A DNA stretch of 64,000 nucleotides from an uncultured delta proteobacterium (GCA_963845145.1 CAWJQU010000004.1:64001-128000), one strand, 5' to 3'; positions 1-9,830 are shown, counted from the first letter of the stretch. Made by a program: numbers and translations. The notes: generated from the letters alone by a model not told the origin.

Positions 1-365
1 CGGTAACGTTTTTCATTCATATACCGGGTAATGCGGCGTATGGTGCCTCCTTTGCCAGAGGCGTCCCGACCGTCGAAGAGAATGATCATTTTTTTTCCGG
101 TTTTTTCAAGGTGCCGCTGCATTTTGATCAGTTCCGCCTGGAAAGGGGCCAGCTCTTCTTTGTTATAGTGCTTTTCAAGCGCCGCCTTGAATATTTCATC
201 TCGATCTTTCTTCTTTAGGACCTTGCGTACTTTTTTGATCTGTTGATTGTAGTCCCCGGCGGTTTTAATTTTGGTATCGACCTTATCCACGACCTCTTTT
301 ATTTGGGTCATGGCGCTGCCGACTTGCGCTGTAGGAGGACTATCTTTACTCTCTTTTTTTTTCAT
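1..365 (-). CDS. ppk2: Polyphosphate kinase 2 family protein (5' part; runs off window)
   Basis: Manual translation MKKKESKD...LAPFQAELIKMQRHL...MIILFDGRDASGKGGTIRRITRYMNEKRYR matches the PPK2 Walker-A region; AAAGAGGG RBS upstream. Not in the ORF track. Confidence 0.9.
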   Translation of the reverse strand, partial: MKKKESKDSPPTAQVGSAMTQIKEVVDKVDTKIKTAGDYNQQIKKVRKVLKKKDRDEIFKAALEKHYNKEELAPFQAELIKMQRHLEKTGKKMIILFDGRDASGKGGTIRRITRYMNEKRY

Positions 366-458
366 ATGTCCCTCTTTAGACTTACAATGGCCAGTTTTAT
401 AGGGATAAGTGCCCGGCGGTCCAGTTGGTATGGATATCGCCTAAAACAAGAAGATTCT

Positions 459-1034
459 TCACAATTTGTACGCTTTTAGTGTTTTGGAGAGTGTTTTTAT
501 TTTTGCCGTGATTTTTTTAAAGCCCTTTTTTTTTGGTTTTTTGGCGTCTTTAATTAAAATCCGACTCAGCGCATTCGCTTTTTGAATGATGACATCTGTT
601 TCTTCGGAGGAAAAGGAGCCGATCTGTTTGGCAATGGTTTTAATACGTCGCGTCAGTTTTCGGGTACTTTTTTTAAAATCGATATACGGCGCCAAATATT
701 TTTTTTTCCATAGGGGTTTCAGGCTCTCATCGGCGCGAATCAATTGCTTTGTCAGCTTTTTCAGGGTTTTTCGTAATTTTTCATCGTCTGACCGTGTATC
801 CGGTTTTATCGATTTATTCGTTTTGGGTGAGGGCTGTGGGTTGGTAGCATGACTGGCCACTTCTTTTTTTATGCGGGCGGCGTTGTGTTTACCGAAGGTT
901 TTGATGCCGGCTAACTTTTCAACCGGGATTTGATGAAGCTGTGAAAAGGTGGCGATGCCGTGATTTTTTAACTGCCTCAGCCTCGCCGGGCCAATACCCT
1001 TAACTCGAACAAGATTATTCTTCTTCATTTTCAT
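459..1034 (-). CDS. Helix-hairpin-helix domain, very Lys-rich protein
   Basis: LVRVKGIGPAR...LAGIKTFGKHNA tandem HhH motifs followed by a basic helical C-terminus; start chosen at MKMKKNN, overlapping the upstream stop. Confidence 0.7.
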   Translation of the reverse strand: MKMKKNNLVRVKGIGPARLRQLKNHGIATFSQLHQIPVEKLAGIKTFGKHNAARIKKEVASHATNPQPSPKTNKSIKPDTRSDDEKLRKTLKKLTKQLIRADESLKPLWKKKYLAPYIDFKKSTRKLTRRIKTIAKQIGSFSSEETDVIIQKANALSRILIKDAKKPKKKGFKKITAKIKTLSKTLKAYKL

Positions 1035-1521
1035 GGGTAAATATTCCGGTGGCCTGATCGATGTCTTCGGGGCAGAAAACAAAAAGGCATTTGGCTTCCG
1101 GAGATGAAACCACAGAGCCATATACATAATTGATATTTATCCCGGCCTCACCGAATTTTTGGGCCAGCCTGGATAGCTCGCCGGGCTTGTTTTTGAGCTC
1201 GACGGCGATCACCGGCAGTATGTCGAAAACGTAGCCGTTTTTGGATAACAGGTCAATGGCCTTGTTGGTCATTCCGTCGGCGGGCAAGAGACGGATCAAG
1301 GCGAATTCAGCCGAGTCCTTGCGCATGGAATTGTAGCTGGCCGCCGAGGCGATCCGTTTTAGTGATTTTCCCCGGCCTTTGAAAAGTTCCTTTACATAAC
1401 TGGAAGCGTCCTGAATCGTAATGGCATCAATGTTTATGCCCGCCGTCCCAAACATTTCCGTCATGTTGCCCAGTTCGCCGGGTTGATTTTTTAGAAAGAG
1501 GGATATTTCGGTTCTGACCAT
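1015..1521 (-). CDS. Tandem ACT-domain amino-acid-binding protein
   Basis: ISLFLKNQPGEL...GINI and AVELKNKPGELSRLAQKFGEAGININYVY ACT motifs; AAGGAG RBS before ATG 1521. Confidence 0.85.
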   Translation of the reverse strand: MVRTEISLFLKNQPGELGNMTEMFGTAGINIDAITIQDASSYVKELFKGRGKSLKRIASAASYNSMRKDSAEFALIRLLPADGMTNKAIDLLSKNGYVFDILPVIAVELKNKPGELSRLAQKFGEAGININYVYGSVVSSPEAKCLFVFCPEDIDQATGIFTHENEEE

Positions 1522-1964
1522 GGTTGGCTCCTTAAATTTCGACAACAGCTTGATAATAATAGTCAAAAAAAGCCAATAAAGTCAAATGTTGATTATCTAA
1601 GAAAGTGCTATCGGATTGGATGGAAAAAAATTATCGCACCAAATATTCAACTGAAGGTTCCATTTGGCATTTTTTTATATTACCTGATACTTAAATTCAA
1701 GGTAAGGTATCGTCTGGGCCCGCTATGTTTGGTGAGTGCCCATAGACGCTGCTGGAGGAGACGGTCTTGAACACTACCCAACACCGCCGTTTTCAAAAAA
1801 GCCCCCGGTCAAATAAAAATATTCGGCGAGTTATTATTAGATGTTACACGTATCGCTTGATCTACCTTAAATTTTGCGATATCAGTTTAGTTAGAATGCG
1901 ATTCTGGGTAAAAATACACGCCTGATTTTGAGCTTTGCTATTAAAAAAAGATGGACACCAGCAG

Positions 1965-2741
1965 ATGAAAATCGCCTTAACCCACGAAGTATCGGAACGA
2001 ATTACGGAGTGCGAAGTCAATTTTCGGGAGCGTGAACCCATTGACGTGCCCTTGGCCCGCCGGCAACACGGTGAGTATTGCCGGTGGCTCGACCAGGCCG
2101 GATGTGAAGTGATTAAGCTGGATATCAACGCCGATTTTCCGGACGCAGTATTTGTGGAAGATAATGCGGTAGTGGTGGACGAGGTGGCCGTCATCACCCC
2201 CATGGGAGTAGCTTCCCGGCGGGGGGAGGTGGTGCGGATGGCACCCGTATTGGCCCAATATCGACCGGTGACCCGGCTGGTAGATGTGGGTGGCCCCGCG
2301 GCGACCCTCGAAGGGGGCGATGTGCTGCAAGTGGGCCGAAAGCTTTGGGTGGGACTCTCCTCCCGAACCAACAAAGCCGGCGCCCTCGCCCTGCACCAAA
2401 TTCTAAGCGCTCATGGTTATGAGGTTATCGCCGTCCCCTTAAAAGGCACCCTCCACCTCAAGTCGGCGTTGGGCTCATTGGACCCGGAAACCCTTATTAT
2501 CAATCGAGAATCTATTTCCACAGAGTTTTTTGACGGATTCCGCTTTATCGATGTGGCACCCGAAGAACCACGGGCGGCCAATGTGTTGCGCATTGGTGGC
2601 CATATAGCTATGTATGCTGGTTACCCTCGCACCTTGGAAATATTACGACAAACTGGTTTTGGGCCCACGCCCATTGACGTCTCCGAGTTGATTAAAGCAG
2701 ACTCGGGGATGACCTGCTCGTCCATTGTGTTCAATAAATAA
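1965..2741 (+). CDS. Dimethylarginine dimethylaminohydrolase (amidinotransferase superfamily)
   Basis: FPDAVFVED, LEGGDV, SSRTN, LHLKS and GMTCSS motifs with catalytic Asp/His/Cys. Confidence 0.88.
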   Translation: MKIALTHEVSERITECEVNFREREPIDVPLARRQHGEYCRWLDQAGCEVIKLDINADFPDAVFVEDNAVVVDEVAVITPMGVASRRGEVVRMAPVLAQYRPVTRLVDVGGPAATLEGGDVLQVGRKLWVGLSSRTNKAGALALHQILSAHGYEVIAVPLKGTLHLKSALGSLDPETLIINRESISTEFFDGFRFIDVAPEEPRAANVLRIGGHIAMYAGYPRTLEILRQTGFGPTPIDVSELIKADSGMTCSSIVFNK

Positions 2742-2749
2742 ATTTAAGA

Positions 2750-2790
2750 CCCGACCCCATCCCAAAGGATCCCGCTGGGTCGGTTTTATT
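2750..2790 (+). terminator. Possible intrinsic terminator/hairpin after DDAH-like gene
   Basis: ccgaccc...gggtcgg stem followed by ttttattt. Confidence 0.4.
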
Positions 2791-2899
2791 TGCAGCCGCC
2801 CGCACCATTGGAATACCAATGCAGTTGTCGGTTACGGCATAATTTAATCTCGAAGCCGGGACCCGAATTCGGACATCGGCTTCCCACAAAGGAGGAATC

Positions 2900-3718
2900 A
2901 TGAAGAAGTTTATTGGTTTGGTGACATTAATACTGATAGCCTTATCTTTTACGTTACCGGCATTGGCACAGGACGCGGATATGGCTGAGAAGTCTACCCT
3001 GAACGCCATTCTCGCCGCCAAAAAGTTGCGTGTCGGCTTGGAAGCTGGCTACATGCCTTTTGAGATGCGTAATAAAAAAGGTGACATCATCGGGTTCGAC
3101 GTCGATCTGGCTACCGAAATGGCCAAAGCCATGGGCGTGGAGCTGGAGCTGATCAATACGGCCTGGGACGGTATCATCCCGGCACTCTTGACCAAAAAGT
3201 TTGATATTCTCATGTCGGGGATGACCATCAAGGCCGAGCGTAATCTGCGGGTCAATTTCGCCGATCCTTACATTGTCGTCGGTCAAACCGCCCTGGTGCA
3301 TATCAAACATGAAGGCAAGATCAAATCCTATGAGGACCTCAACGACCCGAAATATACTATCTCCGTCAAACTGGGAACCACCGGTGACTTTGCCGTTCAG
3401 AAGTTCATGCCCAAAGCCAAACGGGTCGCTTTTGAAGATGAACAGGTGTGTATCCAGGAGGTCATCCAGGGCAAAGCCGATGCCCATGTCTATGACATGC
3501 CCCAGTGCGCCACCTATTTCGCCAAGTTTCCGGGAAAATTTGTCTTCTTAGATGAACCCTTCACCTTTGAACCCCTGGGATGGGCCATCCGCAAGGGAGA
3601 TCCGGACTTTATGAACTGGTTGAATAATTTCTTGCGCCAGGTCAAGGGGGACGGGACCTACGATGCCCTCTACGACAAATGGTTTAAATCCAAGGCTTGG
3701 CTGGACGCGTTGCAGTAA
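2900..3718 (+). CDS. Polar amino-acid ABC transporter substrate-binding protein
   Basis: Signal peptide; YMPFE, GFDVDLA, WDGIIPAL, GMTIKAER SBP family 3 motifs; GGAGG RBS. Confidence 0.93.
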   Translation: MKKFIGLVTLILIALSFTLPALAQDADMAEKSTLNAILAAKKLRVGLEAGYMPFEMRNKKGDIIGFDVDLATEMAKAMGVELELINTAWDGIIPALLTKKFDILMSGMTIKAERNLRVNFADPYIVVGQTALVHIKHEGKIKSYEDLNDPKYTISVKLGTTGDFAVQKFMPKAKRVAFEDEQVCIQEVIQGKADAHVYDMPQCATYFAKFPGKFVFLDEPFTFEPLGWAIRKGDPDFMNWLNNFLRQVKGDGTYDALYDKWFKSKAWLDALQ

Positions 3719-3730
3719 ACCCCTAAGAAA

Positions 3731-3756
3731 CACCTGGCGCTGCAACGCGCCAGGTG
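3731..3756. repeat. GC-rich hairpin between SBP and permease genes
   Basis: cacctggcgc-tgcaac-gcgccaggtg perfect 10-bp stem. Confidence 0.6.
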
Positions 3757-4584
3757 TCCCAATGGTGCCCAGTGAAAGCTATACTGAACGAAGCAATTCG
3801 ACGTAAGGATGTGAATATCCTCTTGCTGTTTATCTGCGGGGGGGCATTGGTCTGGGGCATGTACTACTCCATGGCCCAAATAGATTATATTTGGCGATGG
3901 AACATAATCCCTGAGTATTTGGCCTACCGTGAGGCTGAGGGCGGTTTTTTTGGTTGGGCTGCCGGTCCCTTGACCCAGGGCCTCTGGGTGACCCTCCAAA
4001 CCTCGTTTTATGCCACCATCTTCGCCGTCTTTATCGGGCTGGTCACCGGAATTTGCCGGATCTCAGCGATTCCGGTACTGCGTTGGCTGTCCACCGGGTA
4101 TGTGGAGCTGATCCGCGGCACGCCACTTTTGGTACAAATCCTGATTTTCTATTTCTGCATCGGGACAGCCCTCAATCTCTCCCGCATGGCCGCCGGGGTA
4201 GCGGCATTGGCTTTTTTTTCCGGTGCCTACGTGGGCGAGATTGTCCGGGCCGGGATCCAGTCCATCACCCGGGGGCAAATGGAGGCGGCCCGTTCCCTGG
4301 GTATGGGCTATTTTGCCGCCATGCGCTACGTGATTCTGCCCCAGGCCCTGCGGCGGATATTACCCCCCCTGGCCGGCCAATTTATCAATCTGATCAAGGA
4401 CTCCTCCCTGTTGTCCGCCATTGCTCTGACCGAATTGACCAAGGCAGGTCGGGAAGTTTCCACGGTGAGCTTCGCCAATTTCGAAATCTATTTTACCGTG
4501 GCCTTTATGTATCTGGTCCTAACGTTTACGCTCTCCATGCTGATCCAGAGGATGGAGTACAAGATGGGTGTGGGGGAACGGTAA
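3754..4584 (+). CDS. Polar amino-acid ABC transporter permease
   Basis: [13 protein letters not shown] and [13 protein letters not shown] motif; start uncertain. Confidence 0.92.
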   Translation: MSQWCPVKAILNEAIRRKDVNILLLFICGGALVWGMYYSMAQIDYIWRWNIIPEYLAYREAEGGFFGWAAGPLTQGLWVTLQTSFYATIFAVFIGLVTGICRISAIPVLRWLSTGYVELIRGTPLLVQILIFYFCIGTALNLSRMAAGVAALAFFSGAYVGEIVRAGIQSITRGQMEAARSLGMGYFAAMRYVILPQALRRILPPLAGQFINLIKDSSLLSAIALTELTKAGREVSTVSFANFEIYFTVAFMYLVLTFTLSMLIQRMEYKMGVGER

Positions 4585-4585
4585 G

Positions 4586-5341
4586 GTGAATCAGTCAACG
4601 GAACAGCCGATTATTCAGATCAAGAACGTATCCAAAACCTTCCGCACAACCATTGTGGTGCATGCCCTGGTGGACGTTTCCCACGAAGTCCGCAAAGGCG
4701 AAGTGGTGGTGGTCTGCGGACCCTCGGGTTCAGGCAAATCCACCCTGTTGCGCAGCATCAACCACCTGGAGACCATCAATAGCGGTGAAATCATCATCGA
4801 TGGTGTCAGCCTTCAGGATCGCAATACTAACATCAACGAGATTCGTGCCGAAGTGGGGATGGTCTTTCAATCCTTCAATCTCTTTCCCCATCTTACCGTG
4901 GCCGAGAACGTCTGCCTGGCCCAGCGGGTGGTGCGCAAAAAAACCCAGGCCGAATGCGAAATAAAAGCCGATGCGCTTTTGACCAAAGTCGGCATTCAGG
5001 ATAAATCCAACTCCTATCCCACCCAACTCTCCGGCGGGCAGCAGCAGCGGGTGGCCATTGCCCGGGCCCTGGCCATGGAACCCAAAATCATGCTCTTTGA
5101 CGAACCTACCTCGGCCCTGGATCCGGAAATGATCGGTGAGGTTTTGGACGTGATGAAAACCTTGGCTCGGGAAGGCATGACCATGGTTTGCGTGACTCAT
5201 GAGATGGGTTTTGCCCGGGAGGTGGCCGATCGGGTGATTTTCATGGATGAGGGAAGTGTGGTTGAAATAGGTACCCCCGAACACTTCTTCACCAATCCGA
5301 CCCACGATCGCACCAAGCTTTTTTTAAGCCAGATTTTGTAG
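4586..5341 (+). CDS. Polar amino-acid ABC transporter ATP-binding protein (GlnQ-like)
   Basis: [36 protein letters not shown]. Confidence 0.95.
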   Translation: MNQSTEQPIIQIKNVSKTFRTTIVVHALVDVSHEVRKGEVVVVCGPSGSGKSTLLRSINHLETINSGEIIIDGVSLQDRNTNINEIRAEVGMVFQSFNLFPHLTVAENVCLAQRVVRKKTQAECEIKADALLTKVGIQDKSNSYPTQLSGGQQQRVAIARALAMEPKIMLFDEPTSALDPEMIGEVLDVMKTLAREGMTMVCVTHEMGFAREVADRVIFMDEGSVVEIGTPEHFFTNPTHDRTKLFLSQIL

Positions 5342-5377
5342 CAAATTGCATGTCACTATAAGTTTATATCGTTTGAT

Positions 5378-6175
5378 ATGGGAGGAGGAGATCCATTGGG
5401 AAGTGAATCCCGACTGCAGAATTTAACCTGGGAAGAAGTTAAGCGCAGGATCGATTCGGGAAAACGAACCATCATTCTACCCGTGGGGAGCACGGAACAG
5501 CACGGCCCCCATTTACCACTGGGGACTGATACCATGGTGGCGATAGCCCTGGCGGAAGCTGCTGCCGAGAAAAACGATGTTTTGGTGGCACCACCGTTTT
5601 GGTTTGGCTGGAGTCCACATCACATGGTTCTGCCGGGCACCATTACCATCCGACCTGAAATTCTGGTTGAGGTCGCCTACGATATGGTGGCATCGCTTTG
5701 CGAACATGGGTTTAACAAGTTTATTTTCGTCAATGGCCATCGCATCGTCAATATTTCCTGGCTGCAGATAGTGGGCGAACGGATCAAGCGGGAATTGGCT
5801 GTCAAGGTGGTCATTTTCGATCCGGCCTATATGTCCAAGGATTTTGATAGTGGTTTAGATTGGGGGCCGGTGGGCCATGCCGAGGAGATTGAAGGGTCAC
5901 ATATGTGGCATTGCTACCCGGATCTGGTTAAAATGGATCGTGCCAAAGACAACCCCCATTCACCGCACGCCCTTTACCATATTGACCCGCGCCATTCGGG
6001 CGACACCCTTTCCTATGTCCCCAGCAGCCGGGTGGAAATGGAGAAGATTGCCAAAGAATCGGGCGGTACGGTGGGTAGCCCATCCAAGGCCTCTCGCGAA
6101 GGTGGCAGGCGGTATCATGAACACCTCGTAGGGCGCCTGGGGGAAGTGATTACGATGCTTGAGGCACCTGATTAA
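5378..6175 (+). CDS. Creatininase-family amidohydrolase
   Basis: PVGSTEQHGPHLPLGTD, GWSPHH, NGH and GHAEEIE metal-binding motifs. Confidence 0.9.
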   Translation: MGGGDPLGSESRLQNLTWEEVKRRIDSGKRTIILPVGSTEQHGPHLPLGTDTMVAIALAEAAAEKNDVLVAPPFWFGWSPHHMVLPGTITIRPEILVEVAYDMVASLCEHGFNKFIFVNGHRIVNISWLQIVGERIKRELAVKVVIFDPAYMSKDFDSGLDWGPVGHAEEIEGSHMWHCYPDLVKMDRAKDNPHSPHALYHIDPRHSGDTLSYVPSSRVEMEKIAKESGGTVGSPSKASREGGRRYHEHLVGRLGEVITMLEAPD

Positions 6176-7530
6176 GCCTTATCAGATTCACATTTTTCGA
6201 ATCGTTCTATAAAATGGGTATCGTAATTACCCTGCTTGAAATCGGTATCGGCCAGAACGCGTCGGTGAAAAGGCGTCGTCACATCAATCCCTTCTATCTC
6301 GCAGGCCATCAGGGCGCGATCCATTCGACGAATGGCGGCAGGTCGATTTTCATCCCAGACCGACAACTTGCAGATAAGCGAATCGTAAAATGGCGGGACC
6401 AGGCAGCCCGGAAAGAGCATGGTGTCAACCCGTACACCGGGGCCATGGGGAAGTAGCAATTGTGTTACTTCACCTGGTGAAGGCATAAAATCGTTTTCCG
6501 GATCGGCGGCATTGATGCGACACTCCATGGACCACCCTCGGATTTGAATATCGGACTGCTTATAGGGTAGGGCATGGCCGTCGGCGATTCGAATCTGCTC
6601 CCGGATTAAATCCACACCCGTTATCCATTCCGTAATAGGGTGTTCAACCTGTATTCGGGCATTGACTTCCATAAAGTAGAAATTTTTCTGCGCATCGACT
6701 AAAAATTCGATGGTTCCTGCATTCTGGTAGCCAACGGCTTTGGCGACTTTAATGGCCGCTTGTCCCATGGCTTGGCGTAAGCTTTCATCGATAAACGGGG
6801 AGGGGGCCTCCTCGATTAGTTTCTGATACCGCTTCTGAATACTGCATTCGCGTTCGCCCAAATGAATGACGTGTCCCTGGCAATCGGCCAATATCTGGAT
6901 CTCGATGTGTCGGGGCCGATCAATATATTTTTCCAGGTAGAGATCGGGGCTCCCAAAGGCCACCCGGGCTTCACCGCCGGCAACCTCAAAAGCTTCCATT
7001 AGTTCTCTTTGGTCTCTGGCAATCCGCATACCGCGGCCACCGCCGCCCCCGGAGGCCTTTATGATTACCGGGTATCCGATATGCTGAGCTATCTCACATG
7101 CCGAAAGGGCGTTCGCCAGGTTTTGTGTGCTGCCGGGAATGATGGGTACTCCGATATCGGCAACGATTTGTCGAATGCGGGCTTTGTTACCGGCACGGGC
7201 CAGACAATCAGCGGATGGGCCAATGAAAACAATTCTTTCGGATTCGCAAGTGGCCGCGAAAGCGGCGTTTTCAGAGAGAAATCCGTATCCCGGATGAATG
7301 GCGTCAGCACCGCTTTTTTTAACCGCCTCCATAATCCTGTCGATATTCAGGTAGCTTTTGCGGCTCAAGGCGGGGCCAATATGGAGAGCTTCATCGGCAA
7401 ATCGCGTATGCAGCGCCTCCCGGTCGGCATCGGAGAAAACCGCAACGCTGGCGATCCCCATTTCCCGGCAGGCCTGAATCACCCGCAGGGCGATCTCACC
7501 GCGGTTGGCCACAAGGACTTTAGCCGGCAT
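6172..7530 (-). CDS. accC: Biotin carboxylase subunit
   Basis: KVLVANRGEIALR, IHPGYGFLSEN, GGGGRGMR, FMEVNARIQVEHP, PPFYDSL. Confidence 0.93.
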   Translation of the reverse strand: MPAKVLVANRGEIALRVIQACREMGIASVAVFSDADREALHTRFADEALHIGPALSRKSYLNIDRIMEAVKKSGADAIHPGYGFLSENAAFAATCESERIVFIGPSADCLARAGNKARIRQIVADIGVPIIPGSTQNLANALSACEIAQHIGYPVIIKASGGGGGRGMRIARDQRELMEAFEVAGGEARVAFGSPDLYLEKYIDRPRHIEIQILADCQGHVIHLGERECSIQKRYQKLIEEAPSPFIDESLRQAMGQAAIKVAKAVGYQNAGTIEFLVDAQKNFYFMEVNARIQVEHPITEWITGVDLIREQIRIADGHALPYKQSDIQIRGWSMECRINAADPENDFMPSPGEVTQLLLPHGPGVRVDTMLFPGCLVPPFYDSLICKLSVWDENRPAAIRRMDRALMACEIEGIDVTTPFHRRVLADTDFKQGNYDTHFIERFEKCESDKA

Positions 7531-7796
7531 CCGGATCTACTCATCAGGTCTACCTCGATTTCGATCAAGGGCTGGTTTTTCATGACTGGGTCTTCATTAT
7601 CCACCAGGATGCTTTTGACAATGCCGCTTTTTTCCGTTCTTAGCTCAGTAAATATTTTCATCGATTCAATGATACAAACCACTTGCGACGCCTCAACATG
7701 CTGTTCTTTCTTTACCAATGGGGCATCGTCCGGATTGGATGCGCGGTAAAAAGTACCCATTAACGGCGATGAGACGGTGTAGGTTGTTTTGCCCAC
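7479..7796 (-). CDS. accB: Biotin carboxyl carrier protein (biotinyl domain only)
   Basis: SPLMGTFYRA...CIIESMKIF biotin-attachment motif; GTG start with TAAGGAGG RBS; tail overlaps accC. Confidence 0.85.
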   Translation of the reverse strand: MGKTTYTVSSPLMGTFYRASNPDDAPLVKKEQHVEASQVVCIIESMKIFTELRTEKSGIVKSILVDNEDPVMKNQPLIEIEVDLMSRSGCRLKSLWPTAVRSPCG

Positions 7797-7810
7797 GGGT
7801 TGCCTCCTTA

Positions 7811-7976
7811 GGGCTCGCGAAAAAATAATTACACATTTTATACGCCGATGCATCTTGATGCATCCCGTCTGGCGACGTTGTGAAAGCTCGGAATATCTCG
7901 ATATTCCAGCACTTTCACGCCTTGCCAGACGGGCGCCTCAACGCCTAAAATTGTGAACTTATTTTTGCGCGAACCC
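7811..7976. mobile_element. ~165-bp palindromic MITE/REP-like element (family A)
   Basis: Nested inverted repeats gggctcgcgaaaaaataa/ttatttttgcgcgaaccc, cccgtctggc/gccagacggg, gtgaaag/ctttcac, ggaatatc/gatattcc. Confidence 0.7.
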
Positions 7977-8014
7977 GTAGATGGTTTTCGGCACAAATTG
8001 ATCATAATATGTAA

Positions 8015-8053
8015 ATATACTTGACATATATTCTATAAATATGTCAAGTATAT
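8015..8053. promoter_or_regulatory. Perfect 15-bp inverted repeat; probable GntR operator/divergent promoter
   Basis: atatacttgacatat-N9-atatgtcaagtatat, with TTGACA on both strands, between divergent accB and gntR. Confidence 0.65.
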
Positions 8054-8086
8054 AAAAATAGATCCAATCTAAAAAACGGTTTTATT

Positions 8087-8779
8087 ATGAGACCAGCCAT
8101 AAACACCAATCAGCCGAATCAATCTCTAAGTGCCCTTGCCTACAAAGAGATCTATCGTCGGATCATGACCCTGGCGTTTGAACCCGGCCAGCGGTTGGAA
8201 GAAAAAAAGCTGATGGAAGAGCTCGACATCGGTCGGACACCCATACGGGAAGCCCTGATGCACTTGGCCGATGACTTCATGGTTGAATCCCACGCTAAGG
8301 CGGGCTTCATTGTCAGGCCCATCACCCTTCAGAATACCCGCGCCACGTTTGGGGCACTCAAGGTGTTGGAAGCAGGTGTCGCGGATCTTGCCATGCGGCA
8401 GGAAATATCCATTTTTTTACATAAACTCGAAACAGCCAATGCGGATGTTAAAACGGCTATCGATGGTATGGATATTATTGTACTGGTGGAGGCCAATAAT
8501 CGGTTTCACCATGCCTACGCACAGTGTTCATTTAATGAATATATCATAAGCTGCCTGCATAAAGTTCGGTGTGAAACCGATCGCCTGGCTTACCTTTCTT
8601 ACGGGATTGAAGTCGATCCCCATCGCTCGTTAAAGGCGCATTACCAGTCGGTGGTAAGTGAGCATGACATGATTATTGAAGCCTTGCGTAAACGGGATAA
8701 AGCGCTTTTAATGAAAATTGTTTATCAACATATCGGCACTTTCCAGGCCCGGATTATTCGGTATGTGGCATCCGGATAG
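8087..8779 (+). CDS. GntR/FCD family transcriptional regulator
   Basis: PGQRLEE..L...LDIGRTPIREAL HTH; NNRFH and EHDMIIEAL FCD motifs. Confidence 0.92.
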   Translation: MRPAINTNQPNQSLSALAYKEIYRRIMTLAFEPGQRLEEKKLMEELDIGRTPIREALMHLADDFMVESHAKAGFIVRPITLQNTRATFGALKVLEAGVADLAMRQEISIFLHKLETANADVKTAIDGMDIIVLVEANNRFHHAYAQCSFNEYIISCLHKVRCETDRLAYLSYGIEVDPHRSLKAHYQSVVSEHDMIIEALRKRDKALLMKIVYQHIGTFQARIIRYVASG

Positions 8780-8840
8780 ATGATAGTGGTCATCTTTATC
8801 AGGAAGAAATTCCTACTACAAAATGCAGATGGAGGTAATT

Positions 8841-9830
8841 ATGAAAAAAACAGTGTTTATCGTGTTGGCCTTGATCTTTGCTTTGGCGCCAGTGTCCACG
8901 GCATTGGCAAAAACCAAATGGGATCTTCATTTAAACTATCCAGCGGGCAATTTTCACTCCAAAGGTGCCCAGGCGTTTGCCGATAAGGTAAAAGAAGCGA
9001 CCAATGGCGAATTGGAAATTGTGCTTCATCCCGGTTCAGCCCTTGGATTCAAAGGGCCGGAACTGCTCCGTGCCGTAGCGGAAGGTCAGCTGGCAATTGC
9101 TGAGGTCCCCACCGGCATGGTCGAAGGCGATGCCCCCGCCCTGGCCTTGACAGCTCAGCCGTTTATTTCCACGACCGCCTTTGAGCAACGGTTGCTATAT
9201 CAACTGGCCAAACCGACCTATGCCAAAATATTGAAAAAGTTTAACCAGTTTACGCTTTACTCCTCGGTGTGGCCTTTTTCGGGCATCTACACCCAGCGCC
9301 CCATTAAATCGGCTGCTGATTTAAAGGGATTAAAAATGCGGGTGTACGATGGTACCGGTCTGGCCTTTGGGGGTGCTACGGGAATAGCCGCGCGCAAGAT
9401 GCCGTTTAGTGAGGTTTATCCTGCGATGAAAGCCGGATTGCTCGACTCCATGTACACCTCCTCGGCATCCGGCGTGGACGCCAAAGCCTGGGAAGTTCTC
9501 AAACACTTTACACCGATCAACATCGTTGGTCCGGTAAACATGGTCAATGTAAACCAGGCGGCCTGGGATAAGCTGCCTAAGGAGATTCAGGGCAAAGTGC
9601 TTGAGATTGCTGCGCAAATGGAAGATGACATGTGGAACCTTGCCAGTGATATGGACCGCACGAGTCGAAAAACGCTGACCGAAAATGGGATGATGATCGA
9701 TTCCGTTAGCCCCGGGTTTCGTCAGGAACTCAATGCCATTGGTGACAAGTTGCGGGGCGAATGGGCTAAAAAAGGCGGCGCCGATGCCCAGGCGGTACTG
9801 GATGATTACTATCGAATAACCGGTCGATAA
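8841..9830 (+). CDS. dctP: TRAP transporter substrate-binding protein
   Basis: Signal peptide; DLKGLKMR and MPFSEVYPAMKAG motifs. Confidence 0.9.
   Translation: MKKTVFIVLALIFALAPVSTALAKTKWDLHLNYPAGNFHSKGAQAFADKVKEATNGELEIVLHPGSALGFKGPELLRAVAEGQLAIAEVPTGMVEGDAPALALTAQPFISTTAFEQRLLYQLAKPTYAKILKKFNQFTLYSSVWPFSGIYTQRPIKSAADLKGLKMRVYDGTGLAFGGATGIAARKMPFSEVYPAMKAGLLDSMYTSSASGVDAKAWEVLKHFTPINIVGPVNMVNVNQAAWDKLPKEIQGKVLEIAAQMEDDMWNLASDMDRTSRKTLTENGMMIDSVSPGFRQELNAIGDKLRGEWAKKGGADAQAVLDDYYRITGR

Noticed and set aside
1903..1920. Single ARG-box-like sequence upstream of the DDAH-like gene
   Set aside because: Imperfect left half and no partner box at 3-bp spacing
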